The notes below the pieces were generated by a model. The model worked only from the letters and a program-made list of their open reading frames with translations, did no database searches and was not told where the DNA came from. A DNA stretch of 64,000 nt from Schmidtea polychroa (Eukaryota): assembly GCA_044892525.1 (NCBI GenBank), contig CM097885.1:33048001-33112000 (forward strand). The letters run 5' to 3'. Positions 13,561-28,031 of this stretch are shown here, piece by piece (position 1 is the first letter of the stretch; every line of letters starts with the position of its first letter). Position numbers and translations under genes: made by a program.

Positions 13561-15930
13561 CAGAGGTGGGGAACCTGCGGCCTTAAGGCTGCATGCGGCC
13601 TTTTGAGTAATACCGATTTTTTTATTTTTTGGTAATTTTTTGCGTGGTTTCACTTTACGCGATCGAGAAAAAATGTTTATGATGCATATGCCACTTCACA
13701 TGCTTTTTATTTATTCGTAGTTATACTCCTCGGTTTTCAGCAAAATTACGAAATTTTATGATTTTAAGAAAAATTGAGCTATTTTTTGATATTTAAGGAA
13801 AATTATGCTATTTTTTTGTTTTTAAGAAAAACTGAGCTATTTATTTTAAATATAATAAAATCCGTGCTATTTTCTTTATTATTTCAAAATCTGTGCTGTT
13901 TTCTTTATCATTTCAATAAACGTGTTATTGTTTTTATTATTTCGAAGAACGTGCTATTTCAAAATTTGTGCTATTTTTTTTATTTTCACTTTATATAATT
14001 CTGTTTGTGTTACAACCCATCATGTCAAAGAAGATCAAGAGATCGCTAAAGGACGAAAACAGATTATTTAACGAGGACTGGGAATTGGAATATTATGTTG
14101 TTTCTGTTAAAAATAAAATGGTTTGTTTACTTTCTGATACTAATATATCAACATTGAAAAAATTCAATGCTCATTAGCATTATAGTACTCATAAGGACCA
14201 CAAGTTTTTCAAATTAGAAGGAGAGCCGCGAAAAGCTATTTTAATGAAATTAAAACACCAAAAGGAGGAGCAAAAATATTTTTTTCCAAAAGTAGTGAAT
14301 TCGGCAAATAATGTAACTACAGCAACATATAAAGTGGCTTATATACTTGGAAAAAAAGGTAAACCATTCAGTGATGTTGAAATTGTGAAAGACTGCATTG
14401 TCGAAGCTGTGGGATGCTTAGACCCCGATAAAGTTGAAAAATATAAACAATTGCCTCTTTCAAGGAGAACTGTAACTGATAGGCAGCACGAATTAGCCTT
14501 AAACTTAACAGAACAGCTAAATGCAATTCTTTTGAAAAGTAATACATATTTTTCAATTGCTTTGGATGAATCAACTGATATCACCGACTCGGCGCAGATT
14601 TTATATTTTATTCGGTGTATTACAGAAGAATTTGAATGTCACGAGGAGCTACTCGGGTTGGGGACCCTTACGGACAGAACAAGAGAAATAGATATATTTA
14701 GTAATTTCAAAGATAAATGTCAAAAATTTGGACTAAATTTGGAAAATTTAGTAAGTGTATCTTCAGACGGTGCACCTTCTATGACGGGAAAATATGAAGG
14801 GTTTATTGGAAATCTCAAAAAAGAATTAACACATCCAGATTCACTCCCTTGCTTTTATTGTATTCTACATCAACAGAATCTCTTTGCTAAAGCTACTATC
14901 TTAAATGATACTTTACAACAAGTTATTAAAATTGTTAACTATATTCGTGCAAATGCAACAAGGCATCGGCAGTTTCGTTGCAGTCGAACAATGAAATCTT
15001 TAGTGTGGATCTGCCATATCATTCTAAGGTGCGTTGATTATCACAGGGACAAGTTTTAGTCAAAATTTTATCTTTGCGAGAACAGTTAATTCAATTTTAT
15101 GAAGAACAGAATCAGCAATGCGAGCTAAAGGATAAAAAAATTCAGAGGAATGTTGCATTTTTATGTGATATTATGTCATATCAAAACGACTTGAATATTT
15201 CCTTACAAGGTAAAACTAAATCTATTTATGATATGTGGAAGAAAATTCAAGCATTTCGAATTAAGTTATCTTTCTTAAAAACACTTCTTTTTCAAAATGA
15301 AATAGAACATGAACATTTTCCCCAGTTGACAATGGTCGTTAACGAGCAGAATCGTATTTGTGAGTCATTTGGGGAATATGCAGCTGTTATTGACTTATTA
15401 ATTGTGGAATACAATGAAAGGTTTACCGATTTTGAAAAAGATGAAACAGCAATGATATTGGCGTTTCAGCCTCACCTAGTTGAAATCAACGAGGCACCTA
15501 TAGATTTACAGATGGAATTAATTGAACTCTCTGTTGATGATATTTTAAAATCATTGTTTAATACTAAAAAGACCGAATTGAAATTTGGAAAACTGCTTTA
15601 AAATATCCACGTCTTCGACAACATGCCAGAAAAATGCTTTCTTGCTTCTCATCAACTTACTGCTGTGAATCATCATTTTCTTATTTAACGCAAATAAAGT
15701 CCAAATTATGAACTCAAATAACTGATCAATATTTAGAAGACCAACTGATACTGCAAACGTCTATGCTTGAACCGAATATTCAAATGCTTTTGCGTTGCGT
15801 TTTTGGCTAATTTATAATGTGAATTAAAATAAAAGTTTATAGGGGTGGTTAACGTTTTATTTACTGCGGCCTTATGTTAAATCAGATAAGTGAATGTGGC
15901 CTTTTGAAATGAAAAGGTTCCCCAGCTCTG
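13561..15930 (+). mobile_element. Full-length hAT DNA transposon (SPIN/Buster/GTF2IRD2-like)
   Basis: TIRs cagaggtggggaacct / aggttccccagctctg (15/16); 8-bp TSD ctataggt at 13553-13560 and 15931-15938; subterminal gtgcta(t)n repeats. Confidence 0.95.
14022..15790 (+). pseudogene. hAT transposase with premature stops and frameshifts
   Basis: ORF pieces 13968-14177, 14244-15059 and 15074-15601 with FSIALDESTD, SDGAPSMTG, CILHQQ and C-terminal FSSTYCCESSFS; in-frame TAG at 14175. Confidence 0.9.
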
Positions 15931-16056
15931 CTATAGGTATTTATAATAATCTAATTATTTAAACTTTGTTTAAATAAATAATAAAAATAAAGATTCATAA
16001 ATTCAAAAAATGTCTCGTTTCTTTTAACTAAATGATGTATTCCGAAAATGACAACA

Positions 16057-16310
16057 CATACAACTGGAAAAACAAATATTTTCTTTGAAAAACAATTACA
16101 AGAAAGTCCTCAAATGATTTTCTCAAGGCCCAGACATAAACAAACATTTGTAGTAAATTTTGGATCTAAAATTAACGACAGAGTTTATCAACGTAAATCT
16201 GATTTGATAGAGCTTGTTAAAGACTCATGGAATAACGGCAACGGTAAAGAGACACAAAAGCTATACAGTTTCATACCAAACAATTTGGCTTAAGTAATTA
16301 CGGAGGTTCT
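16057..16310 (+). pseudogene. Tc1 transposase remnant, 3' part
   Basis: Resumes at HT after the Gypsy TSD; KVLK*FSQGPDIN (cf. VLEWPSQSPDLNP) and RVY..KSDLIELVKDSW....QKLYSFIP. Confidence 0.65.
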
Positions 16311-19300
16311 TCTAGTCACTCGAATTAACAGAATTCTATTTTTTAATGATTTTTCATTATGATTCATTAGTGTTTATCATTTTTGCAGTTTTTATATACA
16401 TATTTTAACTTATGTAAAGTTTTCACATGCAAATATTGTCCTTACAACAACACCTTTTATTTTGGAGAAAAAAAGTTATAAAATATATTAACGCAAATTT
16501 AAAATTTTATATCACTTTATGTTAATGGCATTTTTTAAGAAAATAAAATAAATTATACAAAATTAATTAATTATTTTAATTAACTACTAACATACTATTA
16601 ATGAGATACGTGACATGAATATATTTCGAGTAAAACGAATAAATAATAAAAAATAAATGAATAAAACTTTAATCAAATAGAATTGTAAATTTTCTTTTGT
16701 AGAAAATTATAAAAGTTTTAATCTTCAACTAATTGTAGTGATTTAATTCAGCTGAAATAAAATTTACATTTTTCGTTAATGCTATTAAAAAAATTTTATT
16801 TAAATCTGTCTTTTATTTTTAGGTGACGCTTCTAAATAAATTATTTTGGCATAATATATAAAATTAAGAATTTATTCATAGTGAAATTATTTTAATTCAT
16901 AGAAAAAGTTAAACTTGTTTCTACATTTATAATCTATACATAATAAACATATCTTTTCAGTGAAAATTTCAGACTTGAAAAATATTTAACGAGGGAGGTT
17001 TTTAAAAAATACATTCTGAATTTTCAAGCACTAACTCAACAAACATTTTATGTACTTTTTTTTGAAAAGTTTTCAGTCATTCAATTTCTTCAGAGTATTA
17101 TTTTGCAAATTATTTAACTTGGTCTTTTATGATCTCTCATTTCCGATATCAAAGGTACCTGATTGCTATTATGTTTAAGTATGCTTGAATTTCATTGGAT
17201 ACATGTTTGAGTGTGACTGATATCAGCTGATTACAAAACCAATGATTAATTTCTTCGAAGAAATTTTCAATAATATAAAGAATCATAAAACAGTAATCAT
17301 TATTTATCAATATATGTAATGTAATTTGTTATTAAATTTTTAGTTTTATTTTATTAAAATAATTAAATTTATCTTTCTACCCTAATTGTATCTCGTATGG
17401 TTGAACGATGATTAAAATTAATAAAAATATTTTTAAATAAATAAATAATTTAGGAATAATTATGATGACACATAATTCATTTTTTTTCCGGCACAATTAA
17501 TTTATAAATTGGTTTTCATTTGTCAATTATAGAATTAAGAGATTGATTAATTTTTTTTCAACTATTGAGATTGTCATTTGTACAGTATATGAATAATGAA
17601 CTGTTTCAATTATTAATCATTTTCAAATCTCTCAATTCTAATTGAAAGATAATTGAAAGATAAATATTTTAACAATACTATTTTTTATTATAGTATAGGT
17701 TTCGTGAGAATTGAATAATTAAACATTATTTTCTTTTTACAATTAGTTTTATACTTGAAAGTAAAGGAATCTCTAAGTTATTGGAGTCACTAAAATAGAA
17801 TTTGTAGGCAAATTGAGAAATGTATTTAATTATATTATTAACAATTTAATAAATAGTTATATAAATGCATCTTGTTTATTGATGTTTTTTATCTCCTAGA
17901 TTGGGAATTGATAAATTTATATTTACAAGAATTCAAAGCTAGAAATAATATTGCATGTGGGAAAAAAGAATATAGTCTTTCATCCAATCTTTTACTAATT
18001 TGTTAATTGAATGTAATGAATTTTATAACTTTATTTTATATGTTTTTGTATGTATAACTGAATATTATATATATGTTGTGAAAGGAATTGGAGAATTTCT
18101 CACATTAAGACATGTATCCAATCAAATCTTTTGTGTTAAAAAATGAGTGTGCATTTCTTATTCTTTGTGAGTTTGATGTGTGCGTGTTTGATTTCTTATG
18201 GTTGTATTGGAGAAATTGAATTGAACTTTATACTAGATAAAATTGATTCAAATTTTATATTTAGTTTTCTTGTTTAAAATTGATAAAAACATTAATGATT
18301 TCAAAGTTAAATTTATGAAAAGATTAAATGATGGAAATTGGGTAGTCAGCAAGAAAATCTTGAAAGAAAAAAAGAACCAAATTTTAAAACTATAATTACT
18401 GATACAAATTATCACCAACGTTCATTAAATAATAAGGTTAATTATATTATGTGTGTGCAAGGAAATTTCGAAAATCATTATAATATTTAATTCAATAACA
18501 GGACCAATAATGCTACGCCAATGAGTGTGAATACAGATTTTAAAGAAGTCGTCAAAAACCTTTTGATATAACATCGATAATTCTCGCAATATCTGAAACT
18601 AGTCAAACTATTTAAATATATAGAATATCCAGTTCCTGAAAGGCGTTCCAGATTAGAGAGATATGGTCAATAGATATGAATTTAAAATGATACTCTATGG
18701 TGCTATAAGACTTAGCAGAGCCTCAATTACAATACTAATCATTGAATGGTTTTAAATTTAAATTCTATTTATTTAATATGTCATACATTAAATTTATCAT
18801 TATTTTTATATTAAAGTTTCTTAGTTCTTATTAGTTCTTATTTTTCAGTAATAGAATGTGAGCCCGTTAGATACAAACTATGAGTAAAGAGGGTAATGTT
18901 ATTATGTAATGTTACGTAACAATTGACACCACCACATGTTAACATAAACGTTATCATATAATTACGTCATAATACGTACCGAGACACAAATACACATATG
19001 ACAAATACATTCTCACTATAGTGGTAACTGGTTACTAACTGACCCTCGTACTGACCAATGTCAATAAATTACTATAAGAATTACCTGTTAAAACTAAAAT
19101 AATCATAATTAAAAATTGATTTAAATTATAATTTATTGAAATATTATTTGAAATTTAATTACAACCACTTAGTAAAATATTACTTTAAATAAATTAAAAA
19201 GGAATTCAAGTAAAAGATCAATATTACAAATACAAAAAATTATACAAAACACTATAAATCTCCTTTATCATACAATGATAAAAAATACCTGTAAAACCTA

Positions 19301-20770
19301 AAAATAATCAAAATTAATTAATTTACAGTAAAAATATAAATATTTAATTATTTTTTAAAGTAAAATTACCTATAAATATTTTCATGAATTATGATAAAAA
19401 TAACCTGTAAGAAGTTGAAATTAACTATCTCTTGAATTCAAAGAAAAATTATTTTAAATAATTTACAATAAAAAGTCAAATTCTTTAATACTTCATTATT
19501 ATAACATTTTTGGTATTGAACCATTAAAGTATCATCTTTGACAATCCTATAATTTATTGAAATATTCTTGAAATTAAATTACAACCTCTTGGCTATCACA
19601 ATTACTTTAAATAAAAAGAAATACAAGTAAAAGACTGATATCTAAAATACAACCAAATACATCTTTATTGGTATTGAACAATAAAAATCTCTAAATAAAT
19701 TATCATAATTTATGAAAAAAATCACATCAATCGATATTTAAATTGTAACAAATCGTTTCCTTAATGTCAAATCCTAAATCGTAATATCTAACAAAACCAC
19801 CCTAAAAGGTTGTTAATGAAATGCTTCCTAATTGGACTCACTCAAAATCATCTCAGTGTTAGCCCACTGAATAAAAGCTTCTATAAAAGCCTGTAATTTA
19901 TTAAAATTACTATAATTTATGATATTATTCGATAATTTAACCCCATAATTTAATGAATTTCTCCCATTTAAAGGCAATCGATATTTACTCTTAAATACTA
20001 GTATCTCTAAATAAATCCATAAAAACCCAATTTTAATGAATTTCTTTTTCCTTTGAAATTAATTAATAACTGTCTATAATTTTTCAATCTGAAGTCAATC
20101 GATAATTCCACTTAGAATTTAAAATAATAACTGATATTCAAACAGCAACCCTAAATAAATCCGATTCCTGACATCAACTCTATATTGAATTATTAACATA
20201 AATCTCATGTAAAATTATTATCCCACTTATTTCCATTAAAGTCGATACAACTCAAAGTGTAAAAAATATCATAATTTCTCCTCTTATTTACTAATATCCG
20301 AACAAATTTCTCATTGATCTCAAGTTAGGAAGTACTTATAATTTCCAAAATTCCCTAAAAGAAATATCCACATGTTAGAAATATCTCAAAATGTTTTATT
20401 CCTAAAAAACAAATTGATATACAAGTATCATATTTGGGTCTAAATTATACTTAAAAAGCAGTTTTGTTAAATGTTCAATCAGTAAAATAAAATTATTTAA
20501 TTTGTTTTTACTGTAAAATGTTTTACAAAACCGTTCAATTTTTTATATTCTCTATTGACAATCATTTTGGGTAAAAAGGCTAAAATGCAACTGGACTATC
20601 ATTTTTGGTCAGAAGGATTATTCTACAAATAATTTAATTACAAAATCTTTCATTCTACAAAATGGAACATAAATATCAATAAGTTATCGACGAAATTCTA
20701 AATCAAATTAATTTTGCTAGAAATTATTATAAATTAACAAAAATCTGTATAAATTGTTGATTAAAACACG

Positions 20771-20772
<2 letters not shown>

Positions 20773-20832
<60 letters not shown>

Positions 20833-20850
20833 TATATATATATGTATATA
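20773..20850. repeat. (TA)n microsatellite
   Basis: Near-perfect dinucleotide run. Confidence 0.95.
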
Positions 20851-21914
20851 TAAAATATCGATAACCAAAGACTAATCAATAATTTTTATAAAATTGTAAA
20901 TAAAGTACTAATAAAAACATTTTAAAAGATCTATTATTAATAATACTCGTTGACTACAACTAGAAATATCAAAATACTAACAAAATTTATTAAAGATAAT
21001 AATTTATTAACTTTTACAATTATATATATAAAACAAACAGAAATAATCTAAAAATTATTTTATTACAAAACCCTTGTTTGTATCTGCTGGGGTCAAATCC
21101 TACTACATTTTTGGAAAGTAAAACGATTTACCAAACAGATTTTATAAGTGGTCATTTTCAACATGCTAATATTCTAAAAGGTTTTGGAAAAAATATGAAC
21201 ATTATTTTCTTTAAAATTATACAAACAGAAATTTTTGTTTTAAAATAAATATTTAGTACCATTAGAGAAATTTACTCAAAATGGAAATTGTTTTGATGAA
21301 TACATCTTTTATATACTAAATATCAAATAAAATTATTTTTTTTAACTTTATACATTATTTTTCTTATAAAGAATTAATTTATTTGATTTTACAAAAGAAT
21401 TCGCCAAAAATATTCAGGATACCTTTAGTGAGATTAAAATTCGCCATTTTAATTATTTTAATTTCGTGAAATATATAATTGAATATAATTTTGCTTTAAA
21501 GGAATTTCATAATTTATTAAGGAGTTGGAGATAAAATATTGGCCGAAGATGCCTGAAAATTTTATAACTTTCAATAAATTTTACGATTATTAATTATTAT
21601 TTCAACAATGTGCTGAGAACAACTAGGCTAATTTGTTTGTTTTAATTGTGGCAAGTATAATTCCACATAATCCAGGAAAAATTAGAATTTCAAAACTTAT
21701 ATTATAAAATAACATCACTTTGCAGATGAATCAAATTCAAAAGATAAAAAGTAATATTAAATATTAAAAACAAAAAAAAATTAAAATATTTGAAAAACGC
21801 TGAACAAAAGATTAGTGGTAAATAAATTAAAAGAAATAGTGACCTATTGTTGTAAATGATGTTTAAAATATTGATACTAATCCTGACAGATCAGTGAGGA
21901 AATGTATTAGGGAT

Positions 21915-24105
21915 TGTTAGCCGCCACAACGTCGAATTCATGCCCAATATCCATAATTAATAAAATAACCAAATAAAATTACTAAATTTATTTTATTCAA
22001 AATCTGCGCTTTTTTTGTAATATTCAAACAATGTGTTCGAGGCATTTTTATTATTTTAATTTTGATACTGATTTCAATGCTGGTTTAATTTATTTTAATA
22101 TTTAATATTAATATATTTTTATATTTTAAACTTACATTAATTTATTAATTTCCTTTAAGTCTTCGAATAATGATTTTAGCCTCGAAAATGCTGAACTGAG
22201 CTTCTCTTCAAATGTTTTTCCTTCTGCTTTTTCATATTCATCGTATAATGGTTTATCCAACAGTGTGGTAACCAGAATCATCTGCATCTTGACAGATGTT
22301 TTCGTAATATTAAAAATATTTTGGCATTCTTTGATGAATTCTTCCAGGTCGTCGTCTCTGTGGAATCTTTCTGGTAGCAACCTGCTAATCAATAGGTTTG
22401 TTGGCATGGTCGCCATGTTAGCCGCCACAATGTCGAATTCATGCTCAATATCCATAATTAATAAAATAATAATAACCAAATAAAATGACTAAATTTATTT
22501 TATTCAAAATCTGCGCTTTTTTTGTAATATTCAAACAATGTGTTCGGGGCATTTTTATTATTTTAATTTTGATACTGATTTCAATGCTGGTTTAATTTTA
22601 ATATTTAATATTAATATATTTTAAACTTACTTTAATTTATTAATTTAAATATTTATATAAAAATTTATGTAATCTGATAAATGCAATTTAAATGTTTATT
22701 AGCAATGTTCCGTTTTAACTTAAACGTGAATTATACCCTTTCATCCCCCTTCTTTAAATTCTTTAATCTTTTCAATATTCTTGATTAAAGACTTCCCACT
22801 TTTATCTCTCAGCATATAACTATGATCGTGTATTCGTTTTGTTACCGTGTATGGTCCTTCATATCTATTTTCATCCTTGTTTCGTATTTCTCGTTTGATT
22901 AACACTTTGTCTCCAACATCCAACTTCCTTGCAGTTGTTGTTTCGTCATTTCGTCTTTTACTTTCAATTTTTAATGCGATATCGTTCCTGTTGATTCTAC
23001 TATCATTATACCATTTCGATCTATCAATTTTCCTACCAAAAATAATTTCAGCTGGGCTTACTCCCGTTGTTTTATGGATTGTCGCGTTGAGTGTATATTC
23101 TATATCTGGGATAAAGTCTGCCCAGTCTTTTGTATTTCCGTCTTTCAGCGATGCATTAATAAAATCTCTTATTGTACGGAATTGTCTTTCGATTATACCA
23201 TTCGTATTATGATGATATTGGCTCGAATACACTATCTCGAACCCTGCATTTTTGCTTATATTCTTTATGCTATTAGCTTCGAATATTTTCTCGCAATCTA
23301 CATGTAGTTCTTTGGGTGCCCCAAAATTTAGAATTCAGTTGTTTAACAATATCTTCCCAATTGTCTCTTCATCCTGTTTATTTATTGCTGTTAACGAAAT
23401 GTATTTGTTGTAATGGTCGGTTATTGCGCAAATGTATCTTTTCTTGTAAAATGTTTCTTTCATTGGGCCACATATGTCCATATATTTTCTCGAAGTGATC
23501 GGATGCTTCAAGTACTTTTGGTTTCTCTTTCATCTTTGTAGTTACAACTTTAACTTTTTGACACGATTCGCAATTTGATATTGTCGTTTTTACTTCCTTT
23601 ATTAGATCTCTCATATCAAAATTGTTTTGTATGTATTTGATAACTTTGTCAACTCCAGCATGGCACAGTAATAGATGTGTTTTGTTAATCATTTCTCTTC
23701 TTTTTCTCTCTGGTATCCATATTCTTTTATCTTTGGTATAAATAATATTATTCTCTATTATAAACCTTCCACTCGTTTGCGTTCTTATTTTATTTTTAAT
23801 CTCTTCTATTTCATCACTATTCCTTTGCCATTTCTCTCCTTTGTCTTCAGTCATTATATTTAACAATCTGGTTTTCATTCTTCCCATTTTAGGATTATCG
23901 TGCTCCATAAGGCATTGTACACATTTGCCACACGTTTTCCTCGAAAACATGTCTGCGTTAGTATGTAGTGTACCCTTTCTAAATTCCATTTTTATATCAA
24001 GGCTACTTAAATAGTTTATCCAGGTCTGGAATTGAGCTGTAATTGGCTTCTTCGAGGTTAGCATAAATGTTTGATATGAAAAGAAACGTGAATTATACCC
24101 TTTCA
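21915..24105 (-). mobile_element. Ty3/Gypsy tandem: LTR stub - pol fragment - full LTR - PBS - gag fragment - LTR 3' part
   Basis: 5-bp TSD gggat at 21910-21914 and 24106-24110; LTR start tgaaagggtataattcacgttt at 24105 and 22743; PPT aaagaaggggga; central LTR 22416-22743; PBS tggcgacc at 22408-22415; gag start MPTNLLISRLLPERF; 21915-22150 duplicates 22416-22645; RNase H end, HHCC and integrase ORFs at 22741-24064. Confidence 0.9.
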
Positions 24106-27100
24106 GGGATGTTACGACAAAACTGTTAAATTCTACTTTAAAAAATTAATTTTAAATTAAGGTTTTCATCAATTTTTGATCAAACAATCATGACAGTTAT
24201 TTTTTTCTAAATTTCACAATTTGGAACCTTTAGATTAATCAACTTGTAATTAATGTCTATTTTTTACATTTTAGTTCATTTTTATATCAGTTTATTTCAA
24301 TCATTAATAACAAAAGACATATTTGTTTTCAACCAACAATAAAATATTTAAATATAACTGTGGGTTATATTCTTCCATCATGGTTCTTTCCTAACCTTCA
24401 AGTTTCTATAGAAAAATTAATAGTTTTAGCATTCAATAATAAAATATTAAGACAAACATTTGGCCTCTGACCCAAAATTCAGACCCAAAATTAATTATAA
24501 ATTTTAAACTAGAATTTTTTAAAAAGAATTTTAACTTTCTATTAGTTTTATATTACTGGAATATAAGGAAACATCAGGGAAATCAGGAAAAGAAATAAAT
24601 AAATCAAATATTCCTGATATGACATTAAAATATTCTTAGGATAAAGTTGTGAGTGGTTTAGTAATAAGGCAGCCAAATAGATAATAATTTTCATGCACAA
24701 TTGTTTTCATATATCAAATCTGAAATTCTCGAATTGGCAATGAATTTTTATTCTAAATTTATTTTTAGTACATAATTTACCTATAATATAAATTTTTTGA
24801 AATATATTTTCAATTTTATTTTTGTTTTAATAATTATAATATTTTTATATATAATTCTATTGAATGTTGCATTATATTTTGCCTGGCATACATCAAAAGT
24901 AGGACAATGTTCTTACTTTACTGTTGATAATTATTTTAGTCATATACCAAAAGATCCATTGAACAATTTCTTCGTAAAATGCAAATGTAACATTCATCAT
25001 TTCAATTATTTTCGAATTTGATCTCAATAATTCATAAAAATATGAATTCCAGTTAACGGATTTTATATTTTTCAAAATTACATAAATATTTTACTATATT
25101 AAAACAAAAATTTTACTTTTAACAAAATCAAATACATTGAAATGGTTCTATGGTCAAATGGTCAAATGACTGCTAAAGTTAAAATAAAATACGAAATAGA
25201 TATTTCATACAATTTTTGATGGCACCCTAGTTCGAGTTTCTTTTGAATCTTGTCAGCATATTGATATAATAATAATATTATTTTCTTATAGTTTATTAGA
25301 TGCTGAATGTTGTAATGTTCTTGTATTATTTATAACTGTTGTTATTTCTATTTGTTTCCTTTCCCCAAAATAAAAAAAATCGCTTTAGTAAAAATAGACT
25401 AAAATTAAAGAAAAATTAGCTGCCATGAATTTCTTATTTATCACGTCCAAAAAAATAAAAATCTTTCAATAATTAATTTAAAAATGAAACCCTATCTTTT
25501 TACAATATTATTAAAACACACAATATACTTAGGTTTTTTTCATTGTCAAATATTGATATTTTCTTCATACATTTCATTCATATCAACATACTAAATTTAT
25601 TATTTTAAATTTATAAATATTTTACATTATACATTTAAAATGTTAATTTGAAAATACTATTTTAAAAATATTTTATGTAATTAATTTTGAAGTTAATATT
25701 TAATTTTTAAATATATTGATAGAAAAAATAAATGAAATTGCATTGCAAATGATAAAACCAGCAAGATGAAGAAAGAAGATGTGATTTAGAGGATTTAATG
25801 AATTATGATTTGTCAACGGTAATATTTTGTTTAATACAAGTTTATAATTAAATTTGCTATTATTACAAAGTTATTAATACATTTGTAATCAATTTTGACA
25901 ATTTAGATACACATACCCAGCTGTACACACTAATCTTTAATATAAACTCAAATACTTTCACATTTCTTAAAGAAATGTGTATTTCAAAAATTTTATACTA
26001 ATTATATTTTAATTATATTTTAATTATATTTTAATAAAATATAATAAATTGTAAACATTAATCCAAATATTAATAAATTCATAAAAAATTACGCTAGAAT
26101 TTTTTATTTTCTAATAGTATCATACATATTTACATGAATTCTGCAATGTTAAAGAAACTACCTAAAATAAAATTGCTTAAATCTTTCATTTGATCAAAGA
26201 TCAAATTTTTAAAAATATTTAAAATTTTATTAATTTTAAATTATAAATAAAATTCGATTTCCTTTAAAAATTTCAAATTTCACCACTGATTTCTTTTCAA
26301 TTGACATTGTATTTATTAAAAAGTTTAACTTTGAAACAGTAAATATAAACTGCCATTTTTTCCTTCTTTTTTCTTTTTCAAGTGTCTTTGATCATCAAAG
26401 TCACTTGAAAAAGAAAGTGCCGAAAATTTGTGAATATAAAAAAAACATCTTTAAAAAAACATATTTACTAATTCATAGTCAAGATTTTTAATAAATACAA
26501 TAAACTTCTATATTTATTTATATTTGCGAAATAACGTCTTGAAAAAATCTAGATTAAAATTTGTCACAATCTCAGGAAAATCATCAAAATTTATCAATAT
26601 TAATTATAGAAAAAAAAATAAGTAAAATTATTTAATCTTTAAACTTGTAATTTGTTTTTCATTAATTAGTTTACATTTTTATATGTGAATTTTTATTACT
26701 TATTATTTTTTTCATAATTAGAAATATGATATTAATAAAACACTAAGCAAATATTTTGGAATATGCTTCTTTGTGTTTTCAATTTAAAATTCATAATTTT
26801 GCGAAAATTGTTTAAATTCTCGTTAAGAATTTGATTAGGTCTTTTATAATTACACTAAGATTCTAATTAATTGCATCCCATTAGTTAGTTCCTCCAATCC
26901 AGGAGACAACTCTGTGAATAAATCAATAAATAGTGAAAAAATATTGGTTGATTATAACAATAAAACAATAGAACGCGCGAGATTTCAATACTATGCCTGG
27001 TAGTAATTTAACACATAAAAAGGTTATTAACTAATCTTGAATTGAATAACTTTTTATTTCTAAATATCCATTTATTCAAACAAAACTAAAATAATAAAAT

Positions 27101-27921
27101 AAATAACAATTTGTATTTTATTGAAGAAATAATAAGAATTATTCTTTTTTTCAATTTATCGCTATTTTATAAAATTTCAAAGAATTCGTTAGAGTTCAAT
27201 TATTGTTTATGCAATTTCTTTTTGTTTAAATGCTAAACATATATAAAATATTATTTATATTTACAAATAATGTACCATTAAATTCATATATGTTTATACA
27301 AAATCAATTATACTTTAGATAACTACAAACATTTTCGATTATTATGTATAATTTTGTCTGAATATTTCTTTAAGTAAAATAATAATATGGAAATTATTGT
27401 CTCAAAGACATGAAGTTCTACTTAAAGCTTTATATAACAATTTATACAGTATTTTAAAACGAAACAATATTATGCATTATTTTGATTTCAGTGTTAATTT
27501 CGTACTTTGTTGTTAGCGTTAATTTTGCATATTTATATTCTTCTTCTAATTATTATTATTATTATCTAGAAAAATTGGCTTTTCAGTTGAAATCAACATG
27601 GAAAAGGCTTGAAATTATGATATCATTATGAATATTAAAGAAAAAGATAATGCTAATAACTAAGCCTCTAAACCAGAGATCAGCTATAAAAGGTTTATAT
27701 AATTGTTAACATTTCTACAATATTTTTTATTGACTGAGAAAAAATGAAAAAAAACACATGAATTGTAATGCAAATCAAGTAAATATAATATCTAAGTCTT
27801 AAAATAGATTGTTATTATGACCACTTTATTTCATTTATATTCCATTACAATAAAACCTCAATTACTTATTCAAATTCCATTTTATTTAATTTTAATTGTG
27901 TAACATATATTTTTAGAATGT

Positions 27922-27929
27922 CATAATAC

Positions 27930-27960
<31 letters not shown>

Positions 27961-27964
27961 AATT

Positions 27965-28030
<66 letters not shown>
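27922..28030. repeat. (TAA)n microsatellite at the start of the GPCR intron
   Basis: Trinucleotide run directly after the donor CAG|GTATT; explains the poly-Leu tail in the ORF track. Confidence 0.9.

Positions 28031-28031
<1 letters not shown>

Larger units (their letters stand above)
13024..16056 (+). mobile_element. Internally deleted Ty3/Gypsy LTR element (integrase fragment) with a hAT inside its 3' LTR
   Basis: Integrase motifs YILTIIDRY, IISDNGKQF, TTPYHPQCNGKVERFHRTLK; purine-rich tract then LTR start tgtagccaaatcaattaa at 13519, repeated as an 18-bp stub at 13024; LTR ends ...acaaca at 16056; 5-bp TSD catac at 13019-13023 and 16057-16061. Confidence 0.8.

Noticed and set aside
18300..18720. 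Possible plus-strand exon pair around a 64-nt GT-AG gap
   Set aside because: No sustained open frame or recognisable protein after joining
19070..20110. Degenerate AT-rich duplications
   Set aside because: Low complexity; unit boundaries could not be defined reliably
27921..28031. Poly-Leu C-terminus of the GPCR ORF as TM7
   Set aside because: It is read-through into a (TAT)n microsatellite after a canonical donor; no NPxxY
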